Source of the DNA: Chloroflexota bacterium
Lineage (GTDB): Bacteria; Chloroflexota; Dehalococcoidia; Lucifugimonadales; UBA3495
Length of the DNA: 64,000 nucleotides
Reading direction: 5' to 3'
Assembly: GCA_027623815.1 (NCBI GenBank)
Contig: JAQBUV010000003.1
Span: 20,830-84,829, forward strand
In this document: in pieces, positions 1 to 9,557 of the stretch
How the letters are laid out: every line of letters starts with the position of its first letter
How positions within the stretch are numbered: the stretch's first letter is position 1
Program-made: the position numbers and the translations under genes
The notes under the pieces: generated by a model
The model's input: the letters and a program-made list of their open reading frames with translations, nothing else
Databases searched by the model: none
What the model was told of the DNA's origin: nothing

Positions 1-822
1 CAGCGGCTCGGTTTCAAACACATCCAGCCCGGCTCCGGAGATGCGGTTTTGCTGCAAGGTTTCCAGCAGGGCCGTCTCATCTACCACCGCGCCGCGGGCG
101 GTATTCACCAGAATGGAGGTGGGTTTCATCAGGGCCAAATGTTCGGCCTTGATTAGCTTGTTGGTCTCCGTGGAAAGCGCAACGTGCAGCGATACTACGT
201 CCGATTGCCGGAATAGGTGCTCCAGGGACACAAACTCGACGCCGTAGCTGGCGGCCCGCTCTGGCGTCGCATTTACTGTCCAGGCAATCACGTTCATGCC
301 GATACCCTGGCCTAACTGAATCATCCGCTGGCCGATGGCTCCGGTGCCAACCACGCCCAGGGTCTTGCCGTATAGCTCATTGATGAAACCGCGCGTCCAC
401 CCGCCTTCCCGGATGTGCCGGTCGTTCTGAACTATTTGGCGGGACACGGACAGGGCCAGAGTCAGGGCATGCTCGGCCACGTAGGGCGCGCCGTAGCCCG
501 GCGTGTTGCATACCGTGATGCCCAACTCCTGAGCGGCGACCAGGTCAACGTGGTCAACGCCGGTTCCCCATACCGACAGCAGTTTCAGCCTGGGGCAGGC
601 GGCGAGAACTTTGCGGCTGAACTGCACTGACGACCGGATGTTGATTATGGCGTCGGCGTCCTTCATCCGGGCGATGCTATCGCCTTCGTTAGCGGGACGG
701 TCGAAGTGCCATTCAGCATTTTCAGCCAGTGCCCGCGCCCGATCTTCATACGGTGTGCCGGACAGCACCGGCGGTTCATCGTCGGGAACTACCAGCAGGG
801 AGAAGGGTTTTTGTGTGCTCAT
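1..822 (-). CDS. D-isomer-specific 2-hydroxyacid dehydrogenase family protein (partial; C-terminus runs off the window)
   Basis: Absent from the ORF track because there is no stop in the window. My translation from ATG (822..820) reads MSTQKPFSLLVVPDDEPPVLSGTPYEDRARALAE... It has an NAD-binding GxGxxG (LGVVGTGAIGQRM, codon starting at 360) and ...TSILVNTARGAVVDETALLE..., both typical of the family. Confidence 0.8.
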   Translation of the reverse strand, partial: MSTQKPFSLLVVPDDEPPVLSGTPYEDRARALAENAEWHFDRPANEGDSIARMKDADAIINIRSSVQFSRKVLAACPRLKLLSVWGTGVDHVDLVAAQELGITVCNTPGYGAPYVAEHALTLALSVSRQIVQNDRHIREGGWTRGFINELYGKTLGVVGTGAIGQRMIQLGQGIGMNVIAWTVNATPERAASYGVEFVSLEHLFRQSDVVSLHVALSTETNKLIKAEHLALMKPTSILVNTARGAVVDETALLETLQQNRISGAGLDVFETEPL

Positions 823-876
823 GGGTTGCCTCTAGTAACAAACATATCAGAATGCTGTAATGTCAGGCGATTGTGT

Positions 877-2931
877 CTAATCTTCCAAACTATCGGCCAG
901 AATTTCCAGAACGTCTCTGGCCTGCTTCTCGCCGTCCTTGCCCTTGGCCTGGATGCCCTCGGTCATCATTTGCAGGCAGAAGGGACAGGAGACGGCCACC
1001 GTGTCGGCTTCGGTCTCCAGGAAGTGGTCGGTGCGGACGTGGTTGATCCGCTCGCCCCCACTTTCCTCGATCCACATGTGGCCGCCACCGGCCCCGCAGC
1101 AGAAACCCCGCTGTCGGCAGCGCGGCTCCATCTCCACTAGCTTCAGCCCAGGGATGGCCCGGGCCACATTGCGCGGCTCATCGTAGACGCCGTTGTGCCG
1201 TCCCAGGTAGCAGGAGTCGTGGTAGGCCACCGTGGTGTTCATCATCTTGACCGGCTTGACGCGCCCCTGCTGAATCAGTTCATCGACAAACTGGCTGTAG
1301 TGCAGCACTTCATAATTGCCGCCAAATTGAGGGTACTCATTGCGCATGGTGTTGAAGCAATGAGGGCAGATGGTCACCACCTTCTTTACGTTATAGCCGT
1401 TCAACGTCTCAATATTCTGCTGGGCCAGAACCTGGTACAGATATTCGTTGCCCATGCGCCGCGCCGGGTCGCCGGTGCAGGTCTCCTCTTCGCCCAGAAT
1501 GGCGAAGTCCACCTTGGCGGCCTTGAGCACCTTGGCCATGGAGCGGGCGATGCCCTGACTGCGTTGTTCCAGGGCGGCGGTGCAACCCACCCAAAATAGG
1601 ACTTCAGCGTCGGGTTTCTCGGCCATGGTTGGGATGTTCAACCCTTCGGCCCAGTCGGTGCGGGAGAACTGGGTGCCGCGCCAGGGGTGGCCACGCTGCT
1701 CCATGCTGAGCAGGGCGTTCATACCGGTCTCCGGTATTTTCGACTCTTCCAGCACCAGGTTGCGCCGCAGGTCGATGATGGTCGGCACGTGCTCCACCAC
1801 CACCGGGCATTCCTCCATGCAGGCGCCGCAGGACACGCAGTCCCAGATGGCTTGCTCCGGGATGGCGTGGTCGATGATGGTTTCGGGCTCGACATGCTCC
1901 GGGTTTCGCTCGCCCTGATGCCCAATCTTGATCATGTGCTCTTTCAGGTTCTCGACGATGTGCATTGGCGAGAGGATTTTGCCGGTGATGTTGGCCGGGC
2001 AGGCGTCGGTGCATCGTCCGCAGACGGCGCAGGCGTAACCGTCCATCAACTGCTTCCAGGTGAAGTCCTGCACTCGACCAGCCCCGAACCGCTCGGTGTT
2101 TTCCAGGTCTATGCTGGCAAGCGTGCCCCTCGGTTCCAGCGACCGGAAGTAGGCGTTCAAGGGAGCGGCCACCATGTGGATGTGCTTGGAGTAAGGAATG
2201 TAGACGGCGAAGCCCAGGATTACGCCCAGGTGTACCCACCAGAAGATAATCTGTAGGCTGTTGGCGGCTCCGACGCTGAGGCCCAGGCTGCTGAACCAGT
2301 TGCCGATGGCCCCGCCAATGATGACGCTGGCTTCCGGCCCGGTGCCTCCTGCGGCGACGTAGAGGGCATGGACCAACAGAGTTACCACCATCAAGGCGGC
2401 GGTCAGGGCCACTACAATCACTGCATCCAGATTACGGGTCAAGTCGAAGCTGAGCCGGTAGGGCCTGGCCAGCCAGCGCCGGGTCAGACCCCATATCAGA
2501 GCGGCCAGAATGACCACCGCGAAGATGTCCAGGTAAATGCTAAAGACTTTGACTCCGGTGGTGGTCAGGACAGTCTCGGCCAGCGGATGCCAGATGGAAT
2601 TCCCGAAGATGAATATCCCATAGCTAAGCGTGAAGGACAAGAATCCCCAGAATATGGAGGCGTGGCCCAATCCGGCCAGGTCAATCTTGCGACTGCGAGC
2701 GTCGGTTGAGCCGACGCGCTGCAAGACCTTGCGCTGGCCCAAAACGATGGCAGTCGCTCCAATCAAGCGTTCCCAGGGCCGATCAAATCGCGCCACTGAC
2801 TTGCCCTGAAGAATCAACCGGAATACCCGCTGGTAGATGGTGTACGCTGAGAATGACATGGCCAATACCAGCGCCAGATAAACTCCCACCCAGGTTGGAA
2901 TCAGCCCTAAAATATCTCCCGGTGGTACCAT
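877..2931 (-). CDS. Membrane-bound (Fe-S)-binding oxidoreductase; NarI-like polytopic N-terminal domain fused to an HdrD/DsrK/GlcF-like domain
   Basis: 684-aa ORF. The first ~260 aa are hydrophobic helices carrying His (GLGHASIFW, LLVHALYV, WWVHLGVI, YSKHIHMV). These are followed by two ferredoxin motifs (CAVCGRCTDACP, CVSCGACMEECP) and Cys-rich CCG-type motifs (CPHCFNTM, CCGAGGG, SCPFCLQM). Confidence 0.8.
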   Translation of the reverse strand: MVPPGDILGLIPTWVGVYLALVLAMSFSAYTIYQRVFRLILQGKSVARFDRPWERLIGATAIVLGQRKVLQRVGSTDARSRKIDLAGLGHASIFWGFLSFTLSYGIFIFGNSIWHPLAETVLTTTGVKVFSIYLDIFAVVILAALIWGLTRRWLARPYRLSFDLTRNLDAVIVVALTAALMVVTLLVHALYVAAGGTGPEASVIIGGAIGNWFSSLGLSVGAANSLQIIFWWVHLGVILGFAVYIPYSKHIHMVAAPLNAYFRSLEPRGTLASIDLENTERFGAGRVQDFTWKQLMDGYACAVCGRCTDACPANITGKILSPMHIVENLKEHMIKIGHQGERNPEHVEPETIIDHAIPEQAIWDCVSCGACMEECPVVVEHVPTIIDLRRNLVLEESKIPETGMNALLSMEQRGHPWRGTQFSRTDWAEGLNIPTMAEKPDAEVLFWVGCTAALEQRSQGIARSMAKVLKAAKVDFAILGEEETCTGDPARRMGNEYLYQVLAQQNIETLNGYNVKKVVTICPHCFNTMRNEYPQFGGNYEVLHYSQFVDELIQQGRVKPVKMMNTTVAYHDSCYLGRHNGVYDEPRNVARAIPGLKLVEMEPRCRQRGFCCGAGGGHMWIEESGGERINHVRTDHFLETEADTVAVSCPFCLQMMTEGIQAKGKDGEKQARDVLEILADSLED

Positions 2932-2971
2932 GCGAAAAATCTCCTAAATTAAGCAAATGTTGTTTGACCTA

Positions 2972-3025
2972 GGAAGCGCACTACTCGCAGCATGAAAAGG
3001 AAGCGCACTACTCGCAGCATGAAAA
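2972..3025. repeat. Perfect 27-bp head-to-tail tandem duplication (GGAAGCGCACTACTCGCAGCATGAAAA x2)
   Basis: Copy 1 is 2972..2998 and copy 2 is 2999..3025, identical on reading. It lies in the divergent intergenic region between the Fe-S oxidoreductase and the ABC exporter. Confidence 0.9.
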
Positions 3026-3159
3026 ATCGTTAAGCAACGTCAAGTCAGACGGGCATTAGTTTAACACGCTGATTTACCTCAGACCAATTTGGAGAGGTAT
3101 CAGGGCAGATTAAACCCGACACTGGCTTATAACTGAACAAATGCCTGGGGGTTGGTATA

Positions 3160-5130
3160 ATGGGGGATATGGATATTGACCAAGCCAATATCACGACTGG
3201 AGCAATTGCCCAGCGGGGCCTGATCCGTCGCATTGCTGCAGCGTTCGGGCCTTATAAGTCTCAGGTTATTGTTGTTGGACTGCTGATTTTGGTTTCGGCG
3301 GGTCTGGGGGTGGTTAACCCGCTCCTGATCCGGGTTGTCTTCGACTCGGCGCTCTTCCCAATGGGCCTAGACGCGGCGGGGTTGCCGGTCTCAATGCCCC
3401 CTAACCTGAACCTGCTGTGGATCGTGGCGGGAGTGATGGTGGCGGTCACGGTAGTGACCAGTGGTATCGGAATCGCCCAGACTTATCTGACTAATACTGT
3501 CGGACAGCGCGTGATGCGCGACCTGCGTGACCGGTTATTTCGACACTTGCAGGGCCTGTCGCTGAGTTTCTTCACCGGCACTCGCACCGGAGAGATACAG
3601 TCCAGAGTGTCCAACGACGTCGGCGGCGTGCAGAACGTCGTAACCAGCACGGTCACCGATGTTATCGCCAACGTGGTGATTTTCATCAGCACGGTGGTGG
3701 CGATGGCGGTGCTTTCCTGGGAGCTAACTCTAGTGGCCGTTGGCGTGGTGCCTCTATTTGCCTTTATCACCAAAAAAGTGGGGCGGAAACGACGAGCGGT
3801 GTCGGCTCTGGTACAGCAGTCCACTGCGGAGATGACCGCGATCACTCAGGAGACCCTGTCCATCTCCGGCATTATGCTGACCCGACTTTTTGGGAGGCAG
3901 GACCAGGAAGTGGAGCGGTTCGAGCAGGAGAATCAGAAACTGTCGGACCTGGTAATCCGGCGGCAGATGACTGGACAATCGGTCTGGGCCATCATGCAGA
4001 CCTTCTTCTCGATATCTCCGGTGATTATCTACGTTCTGGCCGGATACTTGCTAGGCGGGTTCCGGGGCGGCGGAATCTCCGCCGGTACCATTGTCGCCTT
4101 CACCACCCTCCAGTCGCGTTTGTATTTCCCGGTTGGCACTCTGCTCCGGGTATCTGTAGAATTGCAATCGTCTCTGGCCCTCTTTGAGCGGATTTTTGGC
4201 TATCTGGATATCAAGCCTGACATAGTTGACGCTCCTGATGCCCTTGATCTGCAACCGGAGCAAATCGCTGGTTCGGTCAGGTTTGATTCGGTCAGGATTA
4301 ACTATGGCGCGACCGAAGTAGGGGCTGAAGGGAAGGTCGCTCAAGTCGGGGAAGAATCACGCTGGGCATTGGATGGAGTCAGTTTCGACATCCAGCCGGG
4401 TCAACTGGCGGCATTTGTCGGCCCCAGTGGGGCGGGCAAGACTACTATTTCCTACCTGATTCCCCGTTTGTACGATGCCACCGAGGGAACAGTGATCATT
4501 GACGGCTACGATGTTCGCAAGGTGAAACAGCGGTCACTGGCCAACATTATTGGCTACGTGTCTCAAGAAAGCTACCTTTTCCACGCCACCATCCGGGACA
4601 ATCTGCGCTATGGAAGACCCGATGCCACCGAGGAAGAGATGGTAGCGGCGGCGAAAGCCGCGAATATCCATGATCGAATTCTGGGGTTTTCTGAAGGCTA
4701 CGACACAGTGGTCGGAGAACGCGGATACCGCATGTCCGGCGGTGAGCGTCAGCGGCTTTCCTTAGCCCGGGTGATTCTGCACCAGCCTCGAATATTGATT
4801 CTGGATGAAGCAACCTCGGCGTTGGACACCGGCAGCGAACGACTGGTTCAGGCGGCACTGGAGCCTCTAATGAAGGGACGCACTACTGTTGCCATCGCCC
4901 ACCGCTTGTCCACCATATTGGCCGCCGATGTAATTTTTGTGGTGGATCAAGGCCGGATTGTCGAGCAAGGCACCCATCCCCAGTTGCTGGCTAAAGGGGG
5001 ACTGTATGCCAGCTTGTATTTGCAGCAGTTCCAAGGCGGTCAGGTGGAATGCGAGTGTGAAGACGGAACGGTCATGTCCGATGGCCACATTGTGTATGGA
5101 CAGGATGGGAGTCTGGCTCCAGCACGCTAG
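3160..5130 (+). CDS. ABC transporter, fused permease/ATP-binding exporter (MsbA/MdlB-like)
   Basis: N-terminal six-helix exporter domain. Walker A GPSGAGKTT, signature MSGGERQRLSLAR, Walker B ILILDEATSALD. The start could instead be ATG 3169 (see findings). Confidence 0.9.
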   Translation: MGDMDIDQANITTGAIAQRGLIRRIAAAFGPYKSQVIVVGLLILVSAGLGVVNPLLIRVVFDSALFPMGLDAAGLPVSMPPNLNLLWIVAGVMVAVTVVTSGIGIAQTYLTNTVGQRVMRDLRDRLFRHLQGLSLSFFTGTRTGEIQSRVSNDVGGVQNVVTSTVTDVIANVVIFISTVVAMAVLSWELTLVAVGVVPLFAFITKKVGRKRRAVSALVQQSTAEMTAITQETLSISGIMLTRLFGRQDQEVERFEQENQKLSDLVIRRQMTGQSVWAIMQTFFSISPVIIYVLAGYLLGGFRGGGISAGTIVAFTTLQSRLYFPVGTLLRVSVELQSSLALFERIFGYLDIKPDIVDAPDALDLQPEQIAGSVRFDSVRINYGATEVGAEGKVAQVGEESRWALDGVSFDIQPGQLAAFVGPSGAGKTTISYLIPRLYDATEGTVIIDGYDVRKVKQRSLANIIGYVSQESYLFHATIRDNLRYGRPDATEEEMVAAAKAANIHDRILGFSEGYDTVVGERGYRMSGGERQRLSLARVILHQPRILILDEATSALDTGSERLVQAALEPLMKGRTTVAIAHRLSTILAADVIFVVDQGRIVEQGTHPQLLAKGGLYASLYLQQFQGGQVECECEDGTVMSDGHIVYGQDGSLAPAR

Positions 5131-5143
5131 CTGCGCTGGCCGT

Positions 5144-6154
5144 TCAAACGCCCTTGATGCGGGGTATCACCGCTTTGCCCAGAAGCTCGATCTGACGCAA
5201 CACTTGGGCTTGCGCCATTCCAGGCCATTGCATCCGGAAGATCAGGCAGTTGGCGTCCAGTTCTTTTTCGTATCGCCGTATCTCCTGCACGACCTCCTCC
5301 GGTGAACCCAGCAGGAACCGGTCTTTGGCCAATTCTTGATAGGGAATGCTGAAGCTCTCTTCGCCGGGCAAAGCCTTGTCCTGACCCCAGGCAGCGTAGG
5401 CCTGGTACTTGGGCGCCAGATAGGGCTCGCTTTCCACGTAGGCCGTCTCCCGGTCCTCTGCGATGTAGAGTTCCCGCATCATGGGCAAGGTGTCGGGCAA
5501 CTGATTCCCCGACTGTGCCAGGGTCTCTTTGTACTTGGCCCATTGGTCGGCAACCATCGGTACAGTCGCATGGGGGTTAATTATCCAAGGGTACCCCCAA
5601 CGGGCCGCCCGTCGAATGGCAGCATCGTTGTTGGCGGCCACCCAGATGGGCGGATGGGGCAGCTGTACCGGACGAGTGGCGGGAGAACATTTGGGAACCT
5701 GATAATATCTGCCCTGGAACTCCACCTCATCCTGCGTCCAGAGCAGCTTCATCACATCCAGGGCTTCCCGAAGACGGCCAACCCTCTCGCCGCGCTGAAT
5801 GCCAAAAGCGGTATACTCTTCTTCGCGGTAGCCCAGTCCCACCCCGAAAATGAACCTACCGTCACAGATAGCGTCCATAGTGGCGATACTCTCAGCCAAT
5901 TCAACCGGATTGTGCAGCGGCACGAGAATCACGGTGGCGGCCACGGACATGTCCCCGGCTTCGGCGGCCAGCCGCGCTAGCAGGGGCAAGCTGCTGCTCA
6001 TCTGATAAGGAGCAGCCAGGTAGTGCTGGCCGGTGCAGATCAAATCGAATCCGGCTTCGCGGGCCGCCTGCACCTGCTCTACGCTCTCCTGTATCTTGCG
6101 GGGCATGGATTCACCAGGTAGGTATTGGTTAGTTACGAAGAATCCTAATTTCAA
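5144..6154 (-). CDS. LLM-class (luciferase-like) flavin/F420-dependent oxidoreductase
   Basis: 336-aa ORF with MKLGFFVTNQ..., ...ATMDAICDGRFIFGVGLGYREEEY..., a TIM-barrel LLM-family pattern. Confidence 0.75.
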   Translation of the reverse strand: MKLGFFVTNQYLPGESMPRKIQESVEQVQAAREAGFDLICTGQHYLAAPYQMSSSLPLLARLAAEAGDMSVAATVILVPLHNPVELAESIATMDAICDGRFIFGVGLGYREEEYTAFGIQRGERVGRLREALDVMKLLWTQDEVEFQGRYYQVPKCSPATRPVQLPHPPIWVAANNDAAIRRAARWGYPWIINPHATVPMVADQWAKYKETLAQSGNQLPDTLPMMRELYIAEDRETAYVESEPYLAPKYQAYAAWGQDKALPGEESFSIPYQELAKDRFLLGSPEEVVQEIRRYEKELDANCLIFRMQWPGMAQAQVLRQIELLGKAVIPRIKGV

Positions 6155-6397
6155 ATTGACCCCATTTAGAACTATTAAGGCTATATTTGGGTCTTTTCAT
6201 TTACATAACCCGGATGATACTATCAGCCATCAGGTTTTGGCAGCATTTTTCTAAAAATCAATGGATCCTGAGAATGCTTACTGGTCTCACAGGATAATCA
6301 CAACTCGCTCACAAAATCAAGCCTTGCGACGATTTTGAGGACGGGTTACAATCGCGGCTAGTAGTTGCAGCATTGGTTCGGATCATAGGGGATGTGG

Positions 6398-7198
6398 ATG
6401 AAGATAGCTCGCTTTCGGACCGGTATAAGGGTGGCCTATGGAGTGGTCAAGGGGGACGAGGTTATCGAAATACGGGGCAGCATCTACACCAAGTTCCGCA
6501 TGACCGATGCCAGATATCCCCTGAGTGAAGTCCGGTTAATGCCTCCCAGCGAACCGATGGAGTTGTGGTGTCCGGGGCTTAACTTCGCTGACCATCTGGA
6601 GTACGCTGGAACCGTCTTGGGAGTGGAAACTCCTCCAATTCCCCAACACCCAAACCCCTGGCGCAAGGGTCGTAATTCCCTTACCGGAAACAACGACCCC
6701 ATTATTATTCCCAAAGACTCCACGGGTGAGGTGCACTACGAGGGGGAAGCGGTGGCGGTTATTGGCAAAGACTGCCGCCGGATCAGTCCCGCCCAAGCTC
6801 CTCGCTTCATCTTAGGCTACACCTGCGGCAACGACGTCAGCGAGCGCACCTGGCAGGGCGACGACTGGACTTTCTGGCGCGCCAAAGGTTCTGATACTTT
6901 CGCGCCGGTAGGGCCTTGGATCGAAACCGACATTGACGCGCAGAACCTGGACTTGATGGTGCGGATTAACGGCAAGCAAGTCCAGAATTGCAATACCAGC
7001 GACATGCTGTTCACCTTCCCCGAGATTGTCAGCTACATTAGCCAGCACGTGACTTTGCGTCCTGGAGACATGGTGTTCTCCGGAGCTACCGGCACCACTA
7101 CCGCGATCAGGCCGGGAGATGTGGTGGAGGTGGAGATACCGGGCATCGGTATTTTATCCAACCCGGTAGAGGCTGAGTTCGATATTAATGCCCCGTAG
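6398..7198 (+). CDS. Fumarylacetoacetate hydrolase (FAH) family protein
   Basis: ORF 6392..7198. ATG 6398 has better spacing to the AGGGG (6386-6390). Family motifs: HYEGEAVAVIGK, GYTCGNDVSER, LRPGDMVFSGATG. Confidence 0.85.
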   Translation: MKIARFRTGIRVAYGVVKGDEVIEIRGSIYTKFRMTDARYPLSEVRLMPPSEPMELWCPGLNFADHLEYAGTVLGVETPPIPQHPNPWRKGRNSLTGNNDPIIIPKDSTGEVHYEGEAVAVIGKDCRRISPAQAPRFILGYTCGNDVSERTWQGDDWTFWRAKGSDTFAPVGPWIETDIDAQNLDLMVRINGKQVQNCNTSDMLFTFPEIVSYISQHVTLRPGDMVFSGATGTTTAIRPGDVVEVEIPGIGILSNPVEAEFDINAP

Positions 7199-7252
7199 CA
7201 ATTCGGACCTATTAATCGGTTCTAGTACTATGAAATGAACGGTGACAGACGT

Positions 7253-7285
7253 GAATAACCCCTCTTAACATTTGAGGGGTTATTC
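7253..7285. terminator. Hairpin between convergent genes (possible bidirectional terminator)
   Basis: GAATAACCCCTC (7253-7264), a 9-nt loop, then GAGGGGTTATTC (7274-7285), giving a perfect 12-bp stem. Only a weak T-tract follows (AATTTCT). Confidence 0.45.
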
Positions 7286-7335
7286 AATTTCTGGGTAATA
7301 TAGTTCAGGCGGCGGTATTCTGCCCGCCAGAGACA

Positions 7336-8598
7336 TTAAAATCGCAGTAGCTTGCGCAGCAACTTATCGCTACGATGAGGGCCAACAATCGCCAGCCTCA
7401 TCTTGTCTTCCTCCAGCACTCGTTGCGCGACCCGGGCGACGTCAGCGGTGGTAATTTCGTCAATCTGCTGGATTACTTCATCAACAGTGTCGATTTCGCC
7501 CAGCAGTAGTTCCTGAGTGCCCAACCAGGCTGCCACTGAACGGCTATCTTCCATACGCAGCAACAAGCGCCCTTTGGCATACTCTTTGGCCTTGTTCAAC
7601 TCCGGGTAAGGGACTTCCTGGTGCATGCCGTGCAGTTCGCTGACAATGGACTGCACTGCTTCACGGGTTTTCTTGGGCTCCACCCCGCAGTAGACCACCA
7701 GCGAGCCGCAGTCGCGGAAATTGTTGATCGAGCTGGATACGTCGTAGGCCAGACCCTGGCGTTCCCGCAGGTTCAAGAACAACCGGCTGCTCATGCCGTC
7801 GCCCAAAAGTCCGTTGAGTAGGGAAAAGGAGTAACGGTCTGGGTCAGATAGGGACAGCCCGGGCAGTCCTAGACAGACGTGCGACTGGTCAGTGCGGCGG
7901 TTATCTATGCGCACCAACGGCTCGTTCAGCCCAACGGTTACCGGCTCCCAGGCCAATGCTTCCTGGGGTTTCCAATCTCGGGTAGCGTTGCCCACCAGTT
8001 CAATGACTTCTTCCTCAGTGATGTTTCCGGCAACCGCCACCACGGTGTTGGCCGGGTTGTACTGTCGCTCCATATACTTACGAACGTCATCTACCGTTAT
8101 TTGGTTTACCGTATCCGGAGTGCCGCCAACGTCACGGCCCATGGCCTGGTCGGGCCATAGGGTGTCGTCGATCAGTAGGTCTACTAACTGAGTTGGGTAG
8201 TCATTGGTCATGCGCAGTTCTTCTTGAATGACCTCCCGCTCCTTTTCCATCTCCGCCGGGTCCAAGAGGGGGTTGAGCAGCAGGTCCAACAGCACTGAGA
8301 AGGCTTGGCGGTAGTGCAGACGGGCCACCTTGACCCAGAAAATGGTCATTTCCCGGTCAGTGCTGGCGTTCATCAGGCCGCCAACACCTTCAATGGCTTC
8401 ACTCACTGCTCTCGCGGTCGGCCAGCTTTTGGTGCCCTTGAAGGGCAGGTGCTCCAGGAAATGGGATAGTCCCGCCAAATCTTTGGGCTCGTATCGGGAT
8501 CCCGCGCCAACGCAAATCATCATGGAAACTGAAGGTGTGTGGGGCATTGTATCGGTAAGAATGCGGAGTTGGTTATCCAGGACGGTGCGTTGGAACAT
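7336..8598 (-). CDS. M16 (insulinase/pitrilysin) family zinc peptidase
   Basis: 420 aa with the inverted zinc motif HxxEH (HFLEHLPFKGT) near the N-terminus. Confidence 0.9.
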   Translation of the reverse strand: MFQRTVLDNQLRILTDTMPHTPSVSMMICVGAGSRYEPKDLAGLSHFLEHLPFKGTKSWPTARAVSEAIEGVGGLMNASTDREMTIFWVKVARLHYRQAFSVLLDLLLNPLLDPAEMEKEREVIQEELRMTNDYPTQLVDLLIDDTLWPDQAMGRDVGGTPDTVNQITVDDVRKYMERQYNPANTVVAVAGNITEEEVIELVGNATRDWKPQEALAWEPVTVGLNEPLVRIDNRRTDQSHVCLGLPGLSLSDPDRYSFSLLNGLLGDGMSSRLFLNLRERQGLAYDVSSSINNFRDCGSLVVYCGVEPKKTREAVQSIVSELHGMHQEVPYPELNKAKEYAKGRLLLRMEDSRSVAAWLGTQELLLGEIDTVDEVIQQIDEITTADVARVAQRVLEEDKMRLAIVGPHRSDKLLRKLLRF

Positions 8599-8725
8599 AG
8601 AACCTCAAAACCAGACTATCGAGAATCGAATTTATACATAGAGGGGATAACCAATCGGATCCCTCAAAGACACTGGGGCTCTTTCCCAGGCTTGGATGCC
8701 TCGGACCAGAATCAACCGAAAGGCA

Positions 8726-9364
8726 TTAACTTTCTAGCCAAGATACATCCCCGTGCAGGTCGTCAGGGTGCTGCCGTGATGCGAATGCCTGGTACTGTTC
8801 TCGCGCTTCACCGATGGTAGTGTCATCCCCATGTCCGGGATAGACCGCTGTTTCATCGGGCAACACCAACAGCTTTTTGGTAATACTGTCGATTTCCTGA
8901 CGGAAGGCTTCCGGGGTGCGTGACTTGCCAGGCCCGCCGGGAAAGAGTGTGTCGCCGGAAAAGAGGTGGTTACCCACCAGGAAACAGGTTGAGCCAGGGG
9001 TGTGACCCGGCGTCGAAAGCGCCTGGATGCGGCGCTTGCCGAACTGTATGACGGCTCCGTCGCTCAGGCCGAGCTCCGGTGGAGTCGGCAGAAGTTCGAT
9101 GTCATCAACCCCGGCGCCAACGACTGATCCCACCTTGCTCCGGATCTCAGCAAAGCCCACGAGGTGGTCCTGATGGCCGTGGGTGATCAGGATGGCCTTG
9201 ATTTTCACGTTGCCTATTTCGCTGAGCAATTTTTCTGGTTCCGCGGGAGTGTCGATGATTATTCCCTCATTGGTTTCTGGGCAAACAACAATATAGCCGT
9301 TGTTATTGTAGGGGCCCATGTTGATTTTGGTGATCTTTATTTCGCCATCAAAATGGAGCGACAT
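8726..9364 (-). CDS. MBL-fold metallo-hydrolase (glyoxalase II-like)
   Basis: 212 aa with the HxHxDH motif (ITHGHQDH) and later ...TPGHTPGS.... Confidence 0.85.
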   Translation of the reverse strand: MSLHFDGEIKITKINMGPYNNNGYIVVCPETNEGIIIDTPAEPEKLLSEIGNVKIKAILITHGHQDHLVGFAEIRSKVGSVVGAGVDDIELLPTPPELGLSDGAVIQFGKRRIQALSTPGHTPGSTCFLVGNHLFSGDTLFPGGPGKSRTPEAFRQEIDSITKKLLVLPDETAVYPGHGDDTTIGEAREQYQAFASRQHPDDLHGDVSWLES

Positions 9365-9557
9365 AATTACTCTCCAAACTAATTATCAGGGACAGACATC
9401 ATTGTATCAAACCGCCGAAGAGAACAAGAAATCAGAAAAATGCGGTCTGTCGCGATATTGGCGCGGATCAGCGGAAGCTCAAAGGGAATGGTTCAGGTTA
9501 AGCAGAAATCCGACTGAATCTACCCAATCTGGCCGAAAAGTGATACCGACGGAATGG

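Noticed and set aside
2992-3033. A 13-codon basic micro-ORF (MKRKRTTRSMKNR) created by the 27-bp duplication upstream of the ABC exporter.
   Set aside because: There is no SD and no conservation evidence. It is most simply a by-product of the duplication.
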